Assembly: GCF_006345805.1 (NCBI RefSeq)
Contig: NW_021835808.1
Coordinates: 1 to 38,283 of the forward strand
Length of the DNA stretch: 38,283 nt
Direction of reading: 5' to 3'
Origin: Octopus sinensis
Lineage: Eukaryota
Shown here in pieces: positions 10,184 to 21,101 of the stretch; the first letter of the stretch is position 1, and each line of letters begins with the position of its first letter. The notes under the pieces were generated by a model that worked only from the letters and a program-made list of their open reading frames with translations, had not been told where the DNA came from and ran no database searches. The position numbers and the translations under genes are program-made.

Positions 10184-11212
10184 ATGGCCGATCCAGTGCC
10201 AAACGACGCTTGGACTTTCGCCTTCTACAACCCTTTCCGAATGTTTGACTTTCTAAATGAAGACCACAACACCGACACATCGGCCACAACACCGTACAGG
10301 CGATGGGGCGAAGGTGACGTAGTAGAAGAGAGAAGTGTAAGCAACAACGATGACGATGATGACGATGATGATGATGACGACGTCCATTACAATGGCGGCG
10401 TCGACGACCACGGGGACCACGGAGTTAACAATGATAATGATGACGATGACGACGATGATGGTGATGATTCCGAAAGCCAAGAAATAGCAGTGAGAGAGAG
10501 AGGAGAGAGGCTGGACGGACCGGAAGACGAAGGGAGTGTCAGGGGAGAGAGACGAACAGCCGGAAGAGACGGGGGGAGAGACGGAGGAGGAGATGGGCAG
10601 ATTAGAAGACGCTGGGGAACCGGAAGAACGGCGAGGAGAAGGAACGAAGGCGACCCCAGACGACCCGTAAGAAAAATCCGTCTGAATTTAACGGACGACA
10701 TGTTGTATTTCGTATCGTGCATGCTACCGTTTTTCCTGCTGACGGCATTGCGATATTTGCGTATTCTGAGTCCGTTCGGTTGCTGCTACGGTTTCCAGAA
10801 ACCAAATCTACCTTTGTTTCCCGAAACCGATTCGGGTTCACCTTTGTCGAACTTGAAACTTCTCGACGAAGATGGCGACCAACAAGAACCGCTGCACCAG
10901 CAGCGTCTCGACGAGCCGTATCTTCCGTTTATTGTCGCAGACGATCCTTCTTGCGTGAGTTTAAGCAAAATTACGAATATCGTTGATAATGTCATAGCAA
11001 TATTTTGGCTGGCCGTTACGTTAACATTAGTTTTGCGATTCTTGAACGAACTGGCGAAATACTTAACTACGAAGTTACGTACATATTTCGACTGTTGCCT
11101 TCTAGAAAATGATACAGAGCAACATGGCGGCCTTGTTGCTCCTCTGAATTTATCCAGTCTGTCAAGAATTACCGGGAAAATGCCGGTGTTTTCTCGATCG
11201 AATGTTTGGTAA
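10184..11212 (+). CDS. Uncharacterised 342-aa protein: acidic/RG-rich N-terminus plus two TM segments (paralogue B)
   Basis: Long, CpG-rich, mostly complex ORF. TM segments at ~aa173-191 and ~266-284. AATAAA at 11234-11239. Shares TALR..IL..C and SC..D..WL..F with paralogue A. Confidence 0.8.
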   Translation: MADPVPNDAWTFAFYNPFRMFDFLNEDHNTDTSATTPYRRWGEGDVVEERSVSNNDDDDDDDDDDDVHYNGGVDDHGDHGVNNDNDDDDDDDGDDSESQEIAVRERGERLDGPEDEGSVRGERRTAGRDGGRDGGGDGQIRRRWGTGRTARRRNEGDPRRPVRKIRLNLTDDMLYFVSCMLPFFLLTALRYLRILSPFGCCYGFQKPNLPLFPETDSGSPLSNLKLLDEDGDQQEPLHQQRLDEPYLPFIVADDPSCVSLSKITNIVDNVIAIFWLAVTLTLVLRFLNELAKYLTTKLRTYFDCCLLENDTEQHGGLVAPLNLSSLSRITGKMPVFSRSNVW

Positions 11213-11299
11213 AACCAGCGGCTTGAAAAAACCAATAAACATCATTAGCAGCGACTTGTAGTTTTTGTTGTTGTTGTTGTTGACGCTGTTATGGCTATG

Positions 11300-11790
11300 C
11301 GTGCGTGTGTGGGTGTGTGTGTGTATATATGCATGTATGTATGTATGTATGTATGTACGTATTATGTGTGTATGTATGTATGTATGTATGTATGCATGTA
11401 TGTATGTATGTACGTACGTATGTATGTATGTATGTATGTACGTATGTATGTATGTTTGTATGTATGTACGTATGTTTGTATGTATGTATGTATGTATGTA
11501 TGTATGTATGTATGTATTTATGTTTGTGTGTATGTATGTATGTATGTATGTATGTATGTATGTATGTATGTACGTATTATGTGTGTATGTATGTATGTAT
11601 GTATGTATGTATGCATGTATGTATGTATGCATGTACGTATGTATGTATGTATGTATGTATGTATGTTTGTATGTATGTATGTATGTTTGTATGTACGTAC
11701 GTACGTACGTACGTATGTATGTATGTATGTTTGTATGTATGTATGTATTATGTATGTATGTATGTATGTATGTATTATGTATATATGTCA
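11300..11790 (+). repeat. (TATG)n microsatellite
   Basis: Directly visible. Confidence 0.95.
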
Positions 11791-11821
11791 GGTCACTTTC
11801 GAGTGCTACTGGTAACATGTA

Positions 11822-12150
11822 ACTCAGTACAACCTGTTGCATAGTCGAGTCGTCGGCGACTAAACCGGCAACCCCACCAAGCTTGCTTGGTGAGGAGGGT
11901 GCTTATTGGACACCCTGCGGGATGAAAAACAAAACCCGTCAAGGGCGGAGGAACTCTTGAGAGTCAACGGTCATCCAATAAATGTCTTAAGGATGTATCA
12001 TGCGCAGGGACATAGAAATAATCGGACTGAATACCCGATCGCGCGGTTAAACCATTGGGAGTGAAGGACTCCTAGCCTTTGATAGGGCATCCTTCTAGGA
12101 GAAGGTAACTCAGGTAACTGGGATAACTCCGACATAAAACCTGCGTCTCA
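11822..12150 (+). mobile_element. Probable RTE-type LINE 5'-UTR fragment, structured
   Basis: tagggcatccttctaggagaaggtaactc resembles the recalled RTE 5'-UTR motif gggcaaccagtctaggagaaggaaaactc; several hairpins visible. Confidence 0.4.
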
Positions 12151-12436
12151 GTGATTACCAATGATGTTGACTTGTTCTTCTTTTCGGATTATGGCTGCTG
12201 TTGCTTAGTGAGTGGGATTGACTCAGTGCACAGCCTTTCCTCACTTTAAAAAAATCTTCTTGCACACGCATTTCATGATAACAACATTGTTTATGATTGT
12301 TGATGGTGCTGTGAGTCTGAACTGAATGGCTGGCTGTAGCCTTAAAAAGCAAATAAAAGTCACATTCGATCACAGCACCAATAACAGTTGAGCTTCGTGC
12401 AATGGCCATACTCGATAACGAGGGGACAGCCATCAT

Positions 12437-12812
12437 CATGTATGTATGTATGTATGTATGTATGTATGTATGTATATATGCATGCATGCATGATGTATGT
12501 ATGCATGCATGCATGTATGTATGCATGTATGCATGTATGTATGTGTGTGTCTATGTATGAATGTATGTATGTATGTATGTATGCATGCATGTGTATGTAT
12601 GTATGCATGTATGTATGTATGTATGTATGATGTATGTACGTACGTATTTATGTATGCATGTATGTATGTATGTATGTATGCATGTATGTATGTATGTATG
12701 TACGTACGTATTTATGTGTGTATGTATGTATGTAAGTATATATGTATGTATATATGTAAGTATATATGTATGTATATATGTAAGTATATATGTATGTATG
12801 TATGTATGTATG
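12437..12812 (+). repeat. (TATG)n microsatellite
   Basis: Directly visible. Confidence 0.95.
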
Positions 12813-12829
12813 CATTTTATTTATGCGCC

Positions 12830-13030
12830 CTTTTCAAGCCTTGCCAGGATCATGACCCCGGTTTCCCAGTTTCTGTGGCGTATGTGTCCCCACCCCCAGC
12901 TGGACGGGATGCCAGTCCATCGCAGCGTTACTCAAGAAACAGGAAGAAAGTGGGAGAGAAAGTTGTGGCGAAAGAGTACAACAGGGGTCGCCACCAGCCC
13001 CTGCCCGAGCCTCATGGAAATCTAGGTGTT
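12830..13030 (-). mobile_element. SINE family C-related fragment
   Basis: Matches 20340-20560 and 28618-28925. Confidence 0.65.
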
Positions 13031-13536
13031 TTCTCTCAATTGTTCTTCCTAGCAATATAGGTGAGCCTTCATACCTGCGGCTGGAGGCATATATGGACTG
13101 CAGCCATACTGGGCACCCCATTGAAGGGTTTTAGTCGAACAATTCTTTTTTTGCTTCTTTTTAAGGCCTGGTATTTATTACATCAGCCTTTTTTTTTTGC
13201 GGAACCGTAAAATTACAGGGACGTAAACAAACCTACACCGTTTGTCAAGCGGTGGTGGATAACAAACACCAAAACACGAACATAGACACATGCTTATATA
13301 CATACGTGCATGCCTACGTACATACACAGCGTTTTCAGAAAAAGAAATCAACCAACTTATTCGCACATTACAAATACAATTTGTAAGCGGAACAATAAAA
13401 ATATGCAAGACTTTTCTAAAGTTTAAAATGTGACATTGTATTCGTTATCTACATGCCAAAGATGGAGCTTTGTAGCATTGCTAGAAACCAGATACTTCTT
13501 GGAAGAAATAATTTGAATAACCAAACACAGAAGAGG

Positions 13537-13569
<33 letters not shown>

Positions 13570-14080
13570 CATATATAATATATATTTGCCAACTAAATGT
13601 GGCGGTCCTATCGTGGACGGTGTTGCTGTGGTTTTTAACTCCAGGAAGTCATCTCCACCAGCTGGCCAACGACAGTATTTGCAAGGGAGGCTATCGCTCC
13701 CATCTCTAGACTTACGTGATACACACAGACCCGTTAGAGCTGAACGAGGGCAAATAGTAAATGCGGTGAGAAATATTTTCCTTGAAAAGATAGAAGAGTG
13801 AGATAGATGTCCAGTCCTTAGAACGTCCGTGCAGGAAAGATAGATGGTCATGTGAGGAAAAGAAAGATGGACGATGTTGTCGTGTGAGCAACGAGAGAGA
13901 GAAAAAGAGAAAGAGGGGAGAGAGAGTGAGAGAGAGAAAAAGAGAAAGAGGGGAGAGAGAGTGAGAGAGAGAGACCTATAAGAAAACGGTGAAAGGGAGG
14001 AAAAAGAGGAATTAGAGAGGATAGGGGAGAAAAGAGTATAGAGTAGAGTCGCATATATTAAGATGGCTGTTATACATACA

Positions 14081-14760
14081 TATGCCACGTCTAATCTTTA
14101 TATATAAAAGAGAGGTTGTGTGCTATCTGTCTCCTACGATTTAGATTCCTAACTACTCCCACATTTTGCGGTGCAGTTTAACCAAAACCGGGTATCTTAT
14201 AGTCGTGATTCATATCGAGCCCTTCTGGGAATTAGCGCGCGTCTACGATGAGTCTACGATTTTAAAAAAAATTTATCATTTTTTTCCATTTTAATGCATT
14301 TTTTCGCTATTATATAAGGGAAGTAACTCTCTAAAAATGTCTACGATGAGTCAACGATTAAAAAAAAAATTTACCATCATTTTTTTCCCATTTTTAATGC
14401 ATTTTTTTGCTATTTTTTGGCTATAACTCTCTAAAAATGCTTATATAGTTATTTCCCTTACAAACCCGAGCAACGCCGGGAGTTACTGCTAGTGTTATAT
14501 AAGGAATTTTCCACAGGAAGACGACACTGTGGCCGTTCCCGCCATTCATACAAGGATCAGCTGAAAAAAAGCCTGAAACTGCCTGGAATCGATCCCAAAG
14601 CCCGGGACATTGAAGCTCAAGACAGGCCCGGCTGGCATCATTCCATCTCCTCTGTGACAAATCATTCTGAAGCTGAAACGACAGAGGAAAAGAGGAAGAG
14701 AAACGACAAGAAAGAAAATGGAGGCTGCAACCACCAAAGCCCCCAACATGGATCCCTCTA
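14081..14760 (+). mobile_element. RTE/BovB-like LINE C-terminal fragment, interrupted by the Helitron
   Basis: Removing the Helitron restores MPRLMLYKEFSTGRRHCGRSRHSYKDQLKKSLK..IDP....AQDRPGW. Confidence 0.75.
14095..14492 (+). mobile_element. Complete 398-bp non-autonomous Helitron
   Basis: A|TCTTTATATATAAAAG 5' end; hairpin cccgagcaacgccggg at 14465-14480; CTAG|T 3' end; no TSD. Confidence 0.88.
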
Positions 14761-15059
14761 CGATCCAAGGTAAGCACAGCAGGTCGTCCTGCAAGCCATG
14801 AACTCACTTCATTTGACGGGTCTTCACAGACACAGGATATCTCAGGGGTCTCGGTCTTTGTCATTCCCTCTGTGAGGCCCTATGTGCCACTGGCACGGGT
14901 AACCCAACTACAACATCCATACGATTTTTCATGTTGTTGAAATCTCGAAGCTGCAAGATAATCCATGATTAATCCAAAGCAATGTGAATAAATAAGGATT
15001 ACATTTGACAGAGTAATTCAGATGCTAATGGATTAAGGAATAATAATAATAATAATAAT

Positions 15060-15380
15060 AATCATCATCATCATCATCATCGTTTAACGTCTGCTTTCCA
15101 TGCTGGCATGGGTTGGGCGATTTGACTGAGGACTGGCAAACCAGATGGCTGCACCAGACTCCAGTCTGATCTGGCAGTGTTTCTACAGCTGGATGCCCTT
15201 CCTAACGCCAACCACTCCGAGAGTGTAGTGGGTGCATTTTACATGCCACCTGCACGGGGGCCAGTCAGGCGGTACTGGCAATGACCTGGCTCGAATTTTT
15301 TACACATGCCAACGGCATAGGTGCCAGTAAGGTGATACTGGTAACGATCATGCTCCAATGGTGCCTCCTACATGCCACAA
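15060..15380 (-). mobile_element. Family D retroposon (RTE-like tail, ends ...ggaaagcggacgttaaacgatgatg)
   Basis: Shared motif ctacagctggatgcccttcctaacgccaacc; many copies in window. Confidence 0.75.
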
Positions 15381-15388
15381 TAATAATG

Positions 15389-15418
<30 letters not shown>

Positions 15419-15427
<9 letters not shown>

Positions 15428-15830
15428 GTCCTGATGCAGTACCAGGCAGTGGCTCTCATGGCTTCTGATCTTAACTGATTGGAAGTGTTATCATGTACAT
15501 TGTTTTGTCTTGGTATAAAAGATGGGCTACAGCAAATATTCTGCTCAATACCACAGATTTGCTTGTCAGTTGTTTGACCTTAACCAGTTGAGCATGTCCC
15601 TTAGTGGCTGACGATATGTGCATCTCTGATCATGAGCAGAAGTAGTGGGGGAGCATCATAGCCGTGTGTTGAGAGGGACACTTTGGGGTTTGAATAATTT
15701 ACCTCTGGAAACATGGGTGTTTCGTTCAGCATCCTTAAACAACCCTAATTCAGGGACCTTTTGAGCAGGATGGGCTACTCAACCTGAAGAAAATTCTAAC
15801 TGGGCCCCACCTGCAAGGTCATGTGCTGTT
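15419..15830 (+). mobile_element. Interspersed repeat, also seen as a partial copy at ~26040-26205
   Basis: aaatattctgctcaatac...taaccagttgagcatgtcccttagtggctgac shared between the two loci. Confidence 0.6.
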
Positions 15831-16040
15831 TATCTTAATATGAGATCACCATGTCGTGCACATATGGTTGTGATGCATGTGCCTGGTGTACCCTTATCAG
15901 ACGGGTAGTCATGATGGGTATATTGGGCTGTGCATATTTGTACCCCAGTGTCACTTTGATGGCATGAACTGCTCTCTCACTCAATAATAATAATAATAAT
16001 AATGATAATAAAATTAATAATGAAAATAACAATGATATAT

Positions 16041-16050
16041 TTTATTTATT
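16041..16050 (-). terminator. Two overlapping AATAAA polyadenylation signals of PITRM1 (candidate)
   Basis: tttatttatt on + strand, 20-30 nt past the stop codon. Confidence 0.45.
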
Positions 16051-16069
16051 TCTTTTTCTATACACAAAC

Positions 16070-16172
16070 TTAACTTTTCAGTATGTTCCAGGTTGAATCT
16101 TCTGCCAGAGATGGTAAGTGTGGGCCCAGAAGTGCTATGCCAGTAGGTTTAGCAGCAGAACGGTGTAGATAT
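16070..16172 (-). CDS. PITRM1: PITRM1 terminal coding exon, 103 nt incl. TAA
   Basis: cag|[33 protein letters not shown]; resembles the recalled human C-terminus GLAILGPENPKIAKDPSWII. Confidence 0.94.
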
Positions 16173-19100
16173 CTGTTATGCAAAAAAAACACAAAAGAAA
16201 AGAAAAATATTTAACATATTTAACAAAATTTAACAAATAAGTGCAGAAGTGGCTGTGTGGTAGGTAGCTTGCTTACCAACCACATGGTTCCGGGTTCAGT
16301 CCCACCGCGTGGCCCCTTGAGCAAGTGTCTTCTACTATAGCCTCGGGCCGACCAAAGCCTTGTGAGTGGATTTGGTAGATGGAAACTGAAAGAAGCCTGT
16401 CATATGTATATTATGTGTGTGTATATGTTTGTGTGTATATGTTTGTCTCCACCAACATCACTTGACAACCGATGCTGGTGTGTTTACGTCTCTGTAACTT
16501 AGCAGTTCAGCAAGTGAGACCGGTAGAATAAGTACTAGGCTTTCAAAGAATAACTCCTGGGGTCGATTTGCTCGACTAAAGGCGGTGCTCCAGCATGGCC
16601 ACAGTCAAATGAGAGAAACAAATTAAAAGAATTAAAAGAAAAGAAAAAAGAACAAATTGATAATTAAATAAAGGAGTAGCAATTTCTATTTCTGAAACAG
16701 AAAAAAAATACAACAAAAATATTTTGGTCAAAGCCCCTTAAGCAGGAGTGTGAGAGGGAGCAGGAGAGAGAGGGGGTGGCATAATCCCAAGGGATGGGGG
16801 CAGAAATATAAATGGGATAGTCAAGTGAAAGAGAAGAGAGATGGTCACAAGTGCCAGGGCATACCCTTCAGGTAAACACACACACACACACACACAGATT
16901 TATATTTTATTTAGGGCGCAATGGCCCAGTGGTTAGGGCAGCGGACTCATGGTCGGCGGATCGCGGTTTCGATTCCCAGACCGGGCGTTGTGTGTGTTTA
17001 TTGAGCAAAAACACCTAAAGTGCCACAAGGCTCCAGCAGGGGGTGGTGTCGACCCCTGTTGTACTCTTTCGCTCCAACTTTCTCTCACTCTTTCTTCCTG
17101 TTTCTTGTCCCCGACTTCCTACGCAACCGCTGAGCCTGGATGCGCATTCATCCATCCGTCGATGCTCTCGGTGTCCGGGGTTGACCTGCTTTCTCTTCTG
17201 CGGGTCTTACGAATAGCAAAGGACCACATTTCGGACTTCTCCCACTACAGACACGGGACAAAGACTGCTTCGCTCAACAAACAAACAAGTAGCAACGACA
17301 GGTGAGATTACAGGTGTAAAATGTATGAAACATGTACTCACTCATTAGCGACCTGAACTAAATCTTCTTTGGTGGTTGCAAATATTCGGTCTCTGTTTGC
17401 CTGTCGTAATGCATCGGTTAAATCATGAAGGTAATACGCGAGTCCTTTGGAACTGGGTGGAACTGGTTTATCAATCTGCAAACAGAACAAAGAAGAACGT
17501 TGCTATTATTATTATTATTACTGAGAATTCAGTGTAGATGGGTAGGACAGGTTGTTCAAATAAAAAATGACCATATTCCAATAATTTGTTTTGTATGGCC
17601 AAACAGAAGGTCGCCCTACGATCCAATGTAAGCACAGCAGATCGCAGGACGACCTGCTGAGCTTGAGGAGACCTATGGAGTCAAGTACATCAACATCAAA
17701 ATAAATATCAAATGGAAATTGCAGTTGCGATCCCCGTGCCAGTGGCATGTAAAAAGCACCATCCGAACGTGGACGATGCCAGCCCCGCCCTGACTGGCTT
17801 CCATGCCAGTAGCATGTAAAAAGCACCAACTGATCATGGCCGTTTGCCAGCCTCCTCAGGCCCCTGTGCTGGTGGCACATAAAAAGTACCCACTACACTC
17901 ACAGAGTGGTTGGCGTTAGGAAGGGCATCCAGCTGTAGAAACACTGCCAGATCAGACTGGGCCTGATGCAGCCTCCTGGCTTCCCAGACCTTGGTCAAAC
18001 TGTCAAACCCATACTAGCATGGAAAACGGATGTTAAATGATGATGATGATGAACAAGGGGAGGGATATCTATTTCTTTACTGCCCACAAGGGGCTAAGCA
18101 TAGAGGGGACAAACAAGGACAGACAAAGAGATTAAGTCGATTACATTGACACCAATGCGAAACTGGTACTTAACCACGCACCCATGGCTCTACATTTAAC
18201 AATATTTCAATCTGTCTCACTCACAACTGACCTGGGGCTAAACAGCAGCAGCAGCTATAAGAACAAGGGCAACAACAATTATAGCAACCACAAGGCATTA
18301 CTGACCTGTTGAAAGCAAGAAATTTTGGCTTCGTTAACATGTTCGTCTGTAAACTGACCGCTCACGGCCCACTCTATGGCCCGGTCAAATACGTCCAACG
18401 TTTGTAAGGAGTTTGGGTCGCTGAAACAGAAAAAGAGAACATATTATATTAGGGGTGGGGACTTTTCGGTAGGCAGGTAAGTGGGTGGGTGGGTATGAAG
18501 GAAGGAAGGAGGGAGGGAGGAGGAGAGGAGGAGGAGGCGGAGGAGGAGGCGGAGGAGAGGTGGAGGAGGAGGGAGAGGAGAGGTGGAGGAGGAGGGAGAG
18601 GAGAGGTGGAGAAAGAGGGAGAAGAGGACGAGAGGTGGAGGCAGAGGGAGAGGAGAGGCGGAGGAGGAGGGAGATGAGGGGGAGGAGGAGAGGTGGGGGG
18701 ATATGAGAGGGACAAATAAGAGAAAGTAATTTTGGATGGCGGATAATGACAGTAACAGTAGGGGGATGATGGTGGTGATGGCAGCAGTGGTGGTGGTGGT
18801 GGTGGTGGTGGCGGTAGTACAGATAGTGGTGTCATAGTGAAGGCGCAGTTGTAAGGTCATGAGTTCAATTCCCAGTAGTCGTATGCTGTGTCCTTGAGCA
18901 AGACACTTTATTTCACGTTGCTCCCATCCATGAGTTGTACCTGTAATTAAAAGGGGCCAGCCTACTATATCATGCTGAATCTCCCTGAGAACTACATCAA
19001 GGGTCCACGCGTCTGTGGAGTACTCAGCCACTTGCATGTTAATTTCACGAGCAGGCCGTTCCATGAAATCAAGGGGTACATTTGTCTTCATAATCGATGA

Positions 19101-20267
19101 CGTGCCAATAATGGGAGGGCGGAGGGGCCGTTCATGATGGTGGAGTTGGTGGTAATGGTTATTGGTGGTGGGGGTAAGACGGTAGGGGTGGAAACTGGTA
19201 GCGATGGCAACAATGGTAAAATGGTAACGATAGTAGTAGTAGTAGCAGTGATGATGATGATGATGATAAAGATGATGATGGAGGTGGTGATGGTGATAGT
19301 GATGATGATTATGATGCTTAATGTTGATGGCAGTGGTGATGATGATGATGATGATAAAGATGATGATGATGGTGATGATGTTGATGATGATGATCATGGT
19401 GATGATGATGATGATGATGAATATGATGATGATGGTGATGATGTTGATTACATAGAATAAAAACTCACCGATATGAAAAGAAGTTGAAAGTGTTGTCACC
19501 GCTTAAGGCGCCACTTCCATAGGCTCCACCTTTCTCTCTACAAAAGAAATCAAAACAGCAAATGTATATACATATATATATATATATATATAGCACCTGT
19601 GTCGGTGGCACATAAAAACACCATCCGAAGACCCGGCAAGACTAGTCAGGCCATAACCCATCGCCCTTACCTGGGACGTAGTCAGTCCACCTGTGCATAC
19701 CTTCCTTCTTGTGACACTTGTGAAGACCTGTTGAGACAAGTGATCAAATCAAATCAAAACAAATCAAAATAGATGAACATCAATGGAATTTGTATCTTTG
19801 TGGTACCAGTGCCGGTGGCACGTGGCACACAAGAAAACCATCCGAACGTGGCCGTAGCCAGTACCGCATCGACTGGCCTCCGTGCTGTGGGCACGTAACA
19901 AACACCATCCGATCGTGGCCGTTTGCCAGCCTCATCTGGCACCTGTGTCGGTGGCACATAAAAACACCATCCGAGCGTGGCCGTCTGCCAGCCTCGTCTG
20001 GCACCTGTGTCGGTGGCACATAAAAAACACCATCCGAGCGTGGCCGTTTGCCAGCCTCGTCTGGCACCTGTGTCAGTGGCACATAAAATCACCCACTACA
20101 CTCTCGGAGTGGTTGGCATTAGGAAGGGCATCCAGCTGTAGAAACACTGCCAGATCTGACTGGACTGGTGCAGCTTTCGGGCTCCCCAGACCCCAGTTGA
20201 ACCGTCCAACCCATGCTAGCATGGAAAGCGGACGTTAAATGATGATGATATACATACACCACATACG

Positions 20268-20326
<59 letters not shown>

Positions 20327-21025
20327 ATAAATGCGCCCTTTTAAAGCCTAGCCAGGCTCATGGGCCCGGTTTCCCAGTTTCTATGGCGTATATGTTCCCC
20401 AGCTGGACGGGGTGCCAGTCCATCGCAGGGTTACTCATTTTTGCCAGCTGAGTGGACTGCAGCAATGTGAAAATGAAGTGTTTTGCTCCAGAACACAACG
20501 CGTTGCCCGGTCCAGGAATCGAAACCACAACCTTACGATAATGATGCACTAAGCCATGCGCCTCCATATATATATATATACATGCATACATACATACATA
20601 TATATACACTTTACTCTTTTACTCTCTTTTACTCATTTCAGTCATTTGACTGCGGCCATGCTGGAGCACTGCCTTTAGTCGAGCAAATCGACCCCAGGAC
20701 TTGTTCTTTGTAAGCTCAGTACTTATTCATTGGTCTCTTTTGCCGAACCGCTAAGTAACGGGGACGTAAACACACCAGCATCTGTTGTCAAGCAATGCTA
20801 GGGGGACAAACACAGACACACAAAGACACACACATACACATATATATATATATACATATATACGACGGGCTTCTTTCAGTTTCCGTCTACCAAATCCACT
20901 CACAAGGCATTGGTCGGCCTGGGGCTATAGCAGAAGACACTTGCCCAAGATGCCACGCAGTGGGACTGAACCTGGAACCATGTGGTTGGTTAGCAAGCTA
21001 CTTACCACACAGCCACTCCTGCGCC

Positions 21026-21101
<76 letters not shown>

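Noticed and set aside
8384-10292. Long ORFs (311, 164, 169, 151, 111 aa etc.)
   Set aside because: Products of GAA/TTC microsatellites giving poly-S, E, K or F; no complex coding signal
11162-13060. ORFs of 150-226 aa with MYVC/HTYI repeats
   Set aside because: Translations of (TATG)n microsatellites
16081-16115. Plus-strand mini-exon with cag...gtaagt
   Set aside because: Fully explained as the antisense of the PITRM1 terminal exon
18444-19499. 351-aa ORF
   Set aside because: Stitched from (GAT)n, a SINE and (GGA)n inside a PITRM1 intron
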